IMG/VR virus record: IMGVR_UViG_2606217100_000003
DNA length: 13,869 nucleotides
Reading direction: 5' to 3' (one strand)
Origin: a virus
Lineage: Duplodnaviria; Heunggongvirae; Uroviricota; Caudoviricetes
Shown: piece by piece, positions 8,550-13,869 of the stretch
How the letters are laid out: each line of letters opens with the position of its first letter
Numbering within the stretch: the first letter of the stretch is position 1
The notes under the pieces: model-generated
What the model was told of the DNA's origin: nothing
What the model saw: the letters and a program-made list of their open reading frames with translations, nothing else
The model's database searches: none
Program-made: the position numbers and the translations under genes

Positions 8550-8836
8550 GCCTTAATAACCCCCTCTTTCAGCCAGATAACCTGTGTTCTCGCCATACCT
8601 TCCAGCGCGCATTCTTTTGCATATGCAGCATCGACAAAATGTGTGCGGCGGTCGATTTCGTCGTGGCAGGCAGAACATGCAATGGTGGCAATCAGGTCTG
8701 GCGGTTTGATACCGGTACCGCACAATCCAGCCAGCCGGATATGTGCCAGTACAGACGTTTCAGAATTGCCATTACATACGCCAGGGATTCTTACCTGGCA
8801 TTCCCGACCACGCGCTGCTTTTCTCAAATCAGCCAT
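8546..8836 (-). CDS. ybcO: DUF1364-family prophage protein YbcO (putative nuclease, Cys-rich)
   Basis: The track ORF extends to 8875, but ATG at 8836 has a strong SD (aggagg) and gives 96 aa, [23 protein letters not shown]..., matching my memory of YbcO. The Cys residues are spaced as expected for metal binding. Confidence 0.8.
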   Translation of the reverse strand: MADLRKAARGRECQVRIPGVCNGNSETSVLAHIRLAGLCGTGIKPPDLIATIACSACHDEIDRRTHFVDAAYAKECALEGMARTQVIWLKEGVIKA

Positions 8837-8999
8837 GACTCCTCCTTGCTGCCAGTCGCAACCATTTTTTATCAACCAAGCTGGCGGTATATCCGAGCAG
8901 TGTTGGTATTTCGGATGGCTTCAGCTCAGGTTTACGCTTACGACGATTTGGTACTCTGTAGATGTGTCCGTTCATGACACGAATAAGCGGTGTAGCCAT
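8829..8999 (-). CDS. ninE: NinE-family small protein
   Basis: Hand-translated 56-aa ORF missing from the track: [56 protein letters not shown]. It has a strong SD (aggagg); its ATG overlaps the ybcN stop (TAATG) and its TGA overlaps the ybcO ATG. The position matches ninE in DLP12. Confidence 0.65.
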   Translation of the reverse strand: MATPLIRVMNGHIYRVPNRRKRKPELKPSEIPTLLGYTASLVDKKWLRLAARRSHG

Positions 9000-9454
9000 T
9001 ACGCCTCCTGCTTGTCGCGCAGCAGCTGAAACTCGCAGCTCTGTGGAATAGTCAGGTGGCAGCCAATATTCATCGCCCAGGCTTCAACCTTACACAGGAA
9101 GACATACATCTCTCCGGTATCAAGATCGGAGGTATGGCGTAACGACTGGATAGTAGTGATTTCGCCGGTTACGACATCAACCAGGTCCTTGGTTTCATAA
9201 CCGAGGTATGTGTGTTTGAGAGCATCTTTTACCCATGCTGCGGTAGCGAACGATTTCCCCCTGCTGATGAGGTATTCACTGATTTCGCTGTACCACATGT
9301 GGCTGAGTGCATTCTGGGAAAGACTGCGTTTCTCACGCCACGGTTTAAGCACCATGCGAAAGCATTTTCCGTCCTCCAGATAAGGCTGGATCTGCTGGCC
9401 GATAGCGGTGAAGTTACCGCGATGCAGTTTGATGCCATCTTGTGGTAGGTTCAC
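8999..9454 (-). CDS. ybcN: NinB/Orf-family recombination mediator (YbcN)
   Basis: 151-aa ORF with GTG start at 9454 and strong SD (ggaggtg). The RSLSQN motif resembles the lambda NinB RSLDQN region, and the sequence matches my memory of K-12 YbcN. Confidence 0.8.
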   Translation of the reverse strand: MNLPQDGIKLHRGNFTAIGQQIQPYLEDGKCFRMVLKPWREKRSLSQNALSHMWYSEISEYLISRGKSFATAAWVKDALKHTYLGYETKDLVDVVTGEITTIQSLRHTSDLDTGEMYVFLCKVEAWAMNIGCHLTIPQSCEFQLLRDKQEA

Positions 9455-9651
9455 GCTTCACCTCCGCAGAGGTCAGGCGCTGGATGCAAAAAATCGCAGG
9501 TGCATTTCTGCATCTGTGAAGGGAGAAGAGAGTTTGAATTGTATGTGCGCATAAACGTCCCCGTTTAGCGCAGAAGTCACCGGAGTTGTTCAGGCTCCGA
9601 TGACATGATTATGGCGGGTTGATAGCTGGAAATCAAATTGCTTTCATGTCT

Positions 9652-9876
9652 TCAAATAACCTTCAATTTTTCGATTTGGCTTTCTCGATAGGCTATCTCT
9701 TTATGTATTTCATCCAGACGACCTTGATTGTATTCACCTTCAAGAGCGTCCTCGCATATAGCAGTTTCTTCTTCCAAAAGTTCTCTAATTTTTCGCTGAT
9801 GATGTGTCATTCCCTGCCTTGCCCCTTCTGGGGTAGATTCAAATTCTATCGTCACTTTCAACCCTCCTGTTTTCAA
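9652..9876 (-). CDS. Hypothetical small acidic coiled-coil protein (74 aa from TTG, or 52 aa from internal ATG)
   Basis: ORF with TTG start and no clear SD; an internal ATG (MTHHQRKIRELLEEE...) has a weak SD. The composition is protein-like (charged, helical), whereas the antisense ORF is Phe-rich low complexity. No homologue recognised. Confidence 0.3.
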   Translation of the reverse strand: MKTGGLKVTIEFESTPEGARQGMTHHQRKIRELLEEETAICEDALEGEYNQGRLDEIHKEIAYRESQIEKLKVI

Positions 9877-9884
9877 ATAAACCG

Positions 9885-9904
9885 GATCGCTACCGATCGC
9901 TACC
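9885..9904. repeat. Tandem direct repeat 2 x gatcgctacc (two Dam GATC sites)
   Basis: gatcgctacc gatcgctacc sits immediately upstream of the 9652-9876 ORF. A partial inverted copy of the unit (atcggtagc) occurs at 10037-10045. Confidence 0.6.
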
Positions 9905-10065
9905 TTTAGGTAAAGTTATCGACTTCTCGAAATAAAACTTCAGGCACTCATTGTACGCTTTACTAGATGCCACCAAGTCAATGTTTACCTTGTCGGCTTC
10001 GTACTAGATTTTAGCTGCTATGTTAAAGTCTGACATATCGGTAGCAAGTCAATAAGTTGCATAAT

Positions 10066-10092
10066 TTATAAAAAACCCGCCAAAGCGGGTTT
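10066..10092 (-). terminator. Intrinsic terminator of the 339-aa/NADAR operon
   Basis: On the minus strand: acccgc-tttg-gcgggt stem-loop followed by tttttt, 38 nt downstream of the NADAR stop. Confidence 0.6.
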
Positions 10093-10129
10093 GCAGATCT
10101 GTCACGACAGTGAAAGGAACAACGCCACA

Positions 10130-10747
10130 TTAAAAAAGCGATAAGCTTTGCCCCGAATTCATCGGTAGTGGAGAGAAAGTAACATCACGTATTTGCTCCC
10201 CGAGCAGAAGAAACCTATCCAAGGGTAGCGGCGGTATCGTAGCAAACCCTGAAAGCCCCTTCTTTCTTGCAACATCTCTCGCATCCATAAGGATACGACC
10301 TAACACGTTCATACCATAAAAGTTACCTTCGGAGTCTTTACTAGCCCCCCAAAATTGGTCCTTCTCTGAGTGCTCAACAATGTCATGCTCTCCTGTGCTA
10401 TCCAGGAGCGCGAAAAACGATTCCCAGTTCTGGCAAAGCTTAACGCAGACACACCATTTCATTACCGAAACTCGATTTTTTTCCCAACCTGCACGGGTTT
10501 TAGCTTCGAAAGATCTGGCGGTTTGTTTAGCTTCATAAGGGTTGCCTTGGGTAATAATAGCCTTTTGGATATCTGGATAGTCTGGATATCGGCATGCTTG
10601 GTAAAGAATTTCACTCGATTGAATGGGTATACCATTAACTAAGAGCGGATATCCTTTGGCCATGTTGGAAAGACCACCCCATTTCTCGGTGGTTTTCCTG
10701 AAAGAAACTGTGTTGTGAAACAGGTATAGTCTATAGCTCATGATCAC
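10130..10747 (-). CDS. NADAR-domain protein (YbiA-like, DUF1768; predicted ADP-ribosyl/N-glycoside hydrolase)
   Basis: About 203-205 aa (GTG at 10747 or ATG at 10741 with SD ggtga). Three segments match E. coli YbiA as I recall it. GGLSNMAKGYPLLVNGIPIQSSEILYQACRY matches GDFSNFAAWPIKVDGKTWPTSEHYFQAQKF. WEKNRVSVMKW matches WESVKEQVMRK. IVEHSEKDQFWGA...NVLGRILMDAR matches LVEHTENDAYWGD...NRLGYLLMELR. Confidence 0.75.
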   Translation of the reverse strand: MIMSYRLYLFHNTVSFRKTTEKWGGLSNMAKGYPLLVNGIPIQSSEILYQACRYPDYPDIQKAIITQGNPYEAKQTARSFEAKTRAGWEKNRVSVMKWCVCVKLCQNWESFFALLDSTGEHDIVEHSEKDQFWGASKDSEGNFYGMNVLGRILMDARDVARKKGLSGFATIPPLPLDRFLLLGEQIRDVTFSPLPMNSGQSLSLF

Positions 10748-11763
10748 CGATTATACACATTACGCTTCATAAGTGGATACCAACAATCCAGAGCTCTATT
10801 TCCCGTTCGAAGATAAGTTCCCCACCAGTACGCTAGAGGGGTATTATTGGGGCAGTTTCTGAAAGTAAAGATAGTTCCACCAAACCCAACACCATTGAAA
10901 GTTGAAAAGCCTAAAGGCTTTATAGCATCAGAAGGATTTTGACTCTGACCAAGGATATCAAACCCAACTTTTGTCATAATTGCTTCAAAACGATCTCGTC
11001 TCTGCTCATTAGGGAAAAAATTATTCGCGACGTAACCGTCACGATATGTTCCTAAATAATGTACTTGACCGTCAGCCCATTCAGGTATTGATACACTTTG
11101 CGCTTTTGGCCAAAAAACCTCAGAACTCGAACTGTTTCGGCGTTGATTTTCAACAACTGCAAACTCACCACCATCAACGCAAACTGAAATATTCCTATCA
11201 GCAAATTTTCGTTCAAGTTGTTTTTTTATATTCCATGCTGAATACGTGTGCCCGCCTAAAAAGTACACCAATATTGTAATATTTTGGAGTTCAAAGTGCT
11301 CAATAAACCAAGTTAAATCATTGATTGCCTTAGCTCCTGAGAATGAAACATCGTCAAGGTAAATAAATTCACGGAATGAACTAACTCTTTGACGTTGTGA
11401 CAGTCTGGTCACAACGTTGAATTCTTCTACACAATCTTCGCGAAGCAAATCCAAAAACTCAGATTGACTGGTGCCTTGGTTCTGGATATCGAGAAACGCT
11501 GCGGTTTGAAAGAACCTTTCATTTTGCTCATCATTGGCGATACTACTAATAACTCTGCGATAGTCGCTCTCAGAGAAGTATCCAATCCCCATTAATCGGT
11601 CCGTTTCCTCTAAGACAAATCGCCTATCGGTTAACTCAAATTGATTAATCCATCGATTAACATGATCAATGCTCATGCCACCTTGAGGAGGGTTTCGATA
11701 GTCATTTAATTTAGTAGCAATTTGCCCCATAAGATCACGATCTGTAACATTGCTATAACACAT
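10744..11763 (-). CDS. Uncharacterised 339-aa protein with weak phosphoribosyltransferase-like motif; first gene of the NADAR operon
   Basis: ATG at 11763 with SD agga; its stop TGA (10746-10744) overlaps or abuts the NADAR start. The central FIYLDDVSFSGAKA loosely fits the type-I PRTase PRPP-binding signature (hydrophobic x4, DD, small residues, G). No other family was recognised. The gene is low in GC. Confidence 0.7.
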   Translation of the reverse strand: MCYSNVTDRDLMGQIATKLNDYRNPPQGGMSIDHVNRWINQFELTDRRFVLEETDRLMGIGYFSESDYRRVISSIANDEQNERFFQTAAFLDIQNQGTSQSEFLDLLREDCVEEFNVVTRLSQRQRVSSFREFIYLDDVSFSGAKAINDLTWFIEHFELQNITILVYFLGGHTYSAWNIKKQLERKFADRNISVCVDGGEFAVVENQRRNSSSSEVFWPKAQSVSIPEWADGQVHYLGTYRDGYVANNFFPNEQRRDRFEAIMTKVGFDILGQSQNPSDAIKPLGFSTFNGVGFGGTIFTFRNCPNNTPLAYWWGTYLRTGNRALDCWYPLMKRNVYNR

Positions 11764-11966
11764 ATAGATTCCTGTTCATGCATTGATACGAAAGGGTCAG
11801 AATACTCTTAAAAAAATTTGGTGAAAGCCTGAAAAGTCATAATGTTAACATGTATCACAAATTGTTATTTTTCTCAGTATCTGAGACGTAAACTGAATCC
11901 AAGACCACTAATCTGGCTCAAAAAATTTAGAAAGTTTCTCATAATGAATACTTGCCTCTTTGCCCG

Positions 11967-12602
11967 TCATACACTTGCTCCTTTCAGCCCAAACTTAGCT
12001 TTGATTTCTGCGATCTTCGCCAGAGCCTGTGCACGATTTAGAGGTCTACCGCCCATAACAGGAAGTTGTTTTACTGGTTCAGGTATCGTCTCACCACGGT
12101 TAATTCGCGCTGTCATACAGGTCAGTTCATCGGCAGCCTTGCGCCGTAATTCCGCATCAGTAAGCGCATTGGCCCGCATGTTCTGGTACAGGTTGGTAAC
12201 CAGCCAGTAGTGCGCGTTTGATTTCCATGGATAAGACTCTGCGTCCGGATACAGGCCACGCTTCCGGCAATACTCGTAAACCATATCAACCAGCTCGCTG
12301 GCGTTTGGCAGCCCGGCGGTAACGGATGCTTCTTCCCGGCACCAGGCAACAAACTGCCCGGGTGATGGCAGGAATGGTCGATTCTGCCGACGGGCTACGC
12401 GCATTCCTGCGTTAACCTGTTCCATTGTGGTGATCCCGTTTTCCCGGAAAGCCAGAACCCACTGGCGGCGGATTTCGTTCAGTTCGTTCTGATCCCGGTT
12501 AGCCAGGCTCGCAGGGAAAGTTGCCAGTAACTGGCTGAACACACCGTTGATGATCTGCGCTACCTGCTGTACAGGCAACACGTAAAGATCCAACCAAGCC
12601 AA
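11967..12602 (-). CDS. Replication protein P homologue with replaced N-terminus (P')
   Basis: 211-aa ORF; from VQQVAQIINGVFSQLLATFPASLANRDQNE... to the C-terminal ...AKFGLKGASV it matches lambda P as I recall it. The first ~11 residues (MAWLDLYVLPV) are unrelated. TTG start at 12602 is preceded by SD aaggag. Confidence 0.8.
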   Translation of the reverse strand: MAWLDLYVLPVQQVAQIINGVFSQLLATFPASLANRDQNELNEIRRQWVLAFRENGITTMEQVNAGMRVARRQNRPFLPSPGQFVAWCREEASVTAGLPNASELVDMVYEYCRKRGLYPDAESYPWKSNAHYWLVTNLYQNMRANALTDAELRRKAADELTCMTARINRGETIPEPVKQLPVMGGRPLNRAQALAKIAEIKAKFGLKGASV

Positions 12603-12705
12603 AATCTCCTTACCTCACAACACGGCAAGCCTGCATTGCGGCGCTTCAGTCTCCGCTGCATACTGTCCAGGTGAGCGCGGGTGATGGCATAACAGAGGAA
12701 AGAAA

Positions 12706-13869
12706 ATGTCACTCTTCCGCAGAAATGAAATATGGTATGCCTCGTATTCGCTCCCGGGCGGGAAACGAATTAAGGAATCTCTTGGCACAAAGGACAAGCG
12801 GCAAGCTCAGGAGTTGCACGACAAGCGAAAAGCAGAACTCTGGCGAGTAGAAAAGCTAGGGGATTTACCTGATGTCACTTTTGAAGAGGCCTGCCTAAGA
12901 TGGCTTGAGGAAAAAGCTGATAAAAAATCTCTCGATTCAGATAAAAGCCGGATTGAGTTCTGGCTTGAACATTTTGAGGGTATAAGGCTTAAAGATATCT
13001 CGGAGGCAAAGATTTACTCTGCTGTAAGCAGAATGCATAACAGAAAGACGAAAGAAATATGGAAACAGAAAGTTCAGGCCGCCATCAGGAAAGGTAAAGA
13101 ACTGCCTGTTTATGAACCAAAGCCAGTATCAACTCAGACAAAGGCAAAGCATCTTGCCATGATAAAGGCCATTCTCCGTGCTGCAGAACGCGACTGGAAG
13201 TGGCTGGAAAAAGCGCCTGTCATCAAGATACCAGCGGTCAGAAACAAGCGAGTCAGATGGCTGGAAAAGGAGGAAGCAAAACGCCTTATTGATGAGTGCC
13301 CCGAACCACTGAAATCTGTCGTCAAGTTTGCGCTGGCAACTGGTCTGAGAAAGTCGAACATCATAAATCTGGAATGGCAACAAATCGACATGCAGCGACG
13401 AGTTGCCTGGGTGAATCCAGAAGAGAGCAAATCAAACCGCGCCATTGGTGTGGCGCTGAACGATACCGCCTGTAAAGTGTTGCGTGATCAAATAGGCAAG
13501 CATCACAAATGGGTGTTTGTACATACCAAGGCGGCTAAGCGAGCAGATGGAACATCAACGCCTGCGGTCAGGAAGATGCGCATCGACAGCAAGACATCAT
13601 GGCTATCAGCTTGTCGTCGTGCAGGAATTGAAGATTTCCGTTTCCATGACCTCAGACACACCTGGGCAAGCTGGCTGATTCAGTCAGGCGTCCCATTATC
13701 AGTGCTTCAGGAAATGGGCGGATGGGAGTCCATAGAAATGGTTCGTAGGTATGCTCACCTTGCGCCTAATCATTTGACAGAGCATGCGAGGAAAATAGAC
13801 GACATTTTTGGTGATAATGTCCCAAATATGTCCCACTCTGGAATTATGGAGGATATAAAGAAGGCGTAA
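12706..13869 (+). CDS. intD: Prophage tyrosine integrase
   Basis: 387-aa ORF with SD gaggaaag. Tyrosine-recombinase motifs are present: TGLRKSN (box I Arg), HDLRHTWAS (His-x-x-Arg) and VRRYAHL (catalytic Tyr). It matches my memory of DLP12 IntD; argU and the att site should lie just beyond the window end. Confidence 0.9.
   Translation: MSLFRRNEIWYASYSLPGGKRIKESLGTKDKRQAQELHDKRKAELWRVEKLGDLPDVTFEEACLRWLEEKADKKSLDSDKSRIEFWLEHFEGIRLKDISEAKIYSAVSRMHNRKTKEIWKQKVQAAIRKGKELPVYEPKPVSTQTKAKHLAMIKAILRAAERDWKWLEKAPVIKIPAVRNKRVRWLEKEEAKRLIDECPEPLKSVVKFALATGLRKSNIINLEWQQIDMQRRVAWVNPEESKSNRAIGVALNDTACKVLRDQIGKHHKWVFVHTKAAKRADGTSTPAVRKMRIDSKTSWLSACRRAGIEDFRFHDLRHTWASWLIQSGVPLSVLQEMGGWESIEMVRRYAHLAPNHLTEHARKIDDIFGDNVPNMSHSGIMEDIKKA

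Noticed and set aside
8031-8977. Plus-strand ORFs of 165, 65, 112 and 128 aa
   Set aside because: Antisense to rusA, ybcO and ninE, which have recognisable products, strong SD sequences and coupled starts.
9619-9909. 96-aa plus-strand ORF
   Set aside because: Phe/Ser-rich low-complexity translation, typical of the antisense frame of a charged coding region; the minus-strand ORF is the more protein-like, though itself uncertain.
11842-12352. Plus-strand 122-aa and minus-strand 76-aa ORFs
   Set aside because: Both overlap the P-homologue coding region in other frames; the P reading matches lambda P closely, so these are alternate-frame artefacts.
12615-12797. 60-aa minus-strand ORF
   Set aside because: Overlaps the integrase start and the int promoter/SD region, with no SD or homology; likely spurious.
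1-13869. CRISPR arrays, tRNA/rRNA genes and insertion sequences
   Set aside because: No regularly spaced direct repeats, tRNA-like structure or transposase ORF with terminal inverted repeats was seen. The argU tRNA expected next to int would lie beyond the window end. tRNAs were not searched computationally.

Overview
This window is a degraded lambdoid (DLP12-type) cryptic prophage, read antisense to the phage late-gene direction. From right to left it runs: tyrosine integrase (12706-13869, +), an N-terminally replaced replication protein P remnant, a low-GC cargo insert, then minus-strand ybcN(NinB-like)-ninE-ybcO-rusA-quuD(Q), a plus-strand OmpC-family porin (nmpC/Lc-like, apparently intact) with a hairpin-rich 3'UTR, the lysis cassette essD-rrrD-rzpD/rzoD, plus-strand ybcV with two small ORFs, a complete lambda-type cos site, terminase small subunit nohD, a terminase-large-subunit::tfa chimeric pseudogene, and host-side appY. 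The whole early/immunity region (xis through O) is missing. The most interesting feature is the cargo insert between P' and ybcN (about 9455-11966): a translationally coupled two-gene operon encoding a 339-aa uncharacterised protein with a weak phosphoribosyltransferase-like motif followed by a NADAR (YbiA-like) ADP-ribosyl-hydrolase family protein, with its own AT-rich promoter region and a strong intrinsic terminator. I propose it as a candidate, uncharacterised anti-defence or toxin-antitoxin-like module. All identifications are by eye and from remembered protein sequences; no database search was run.
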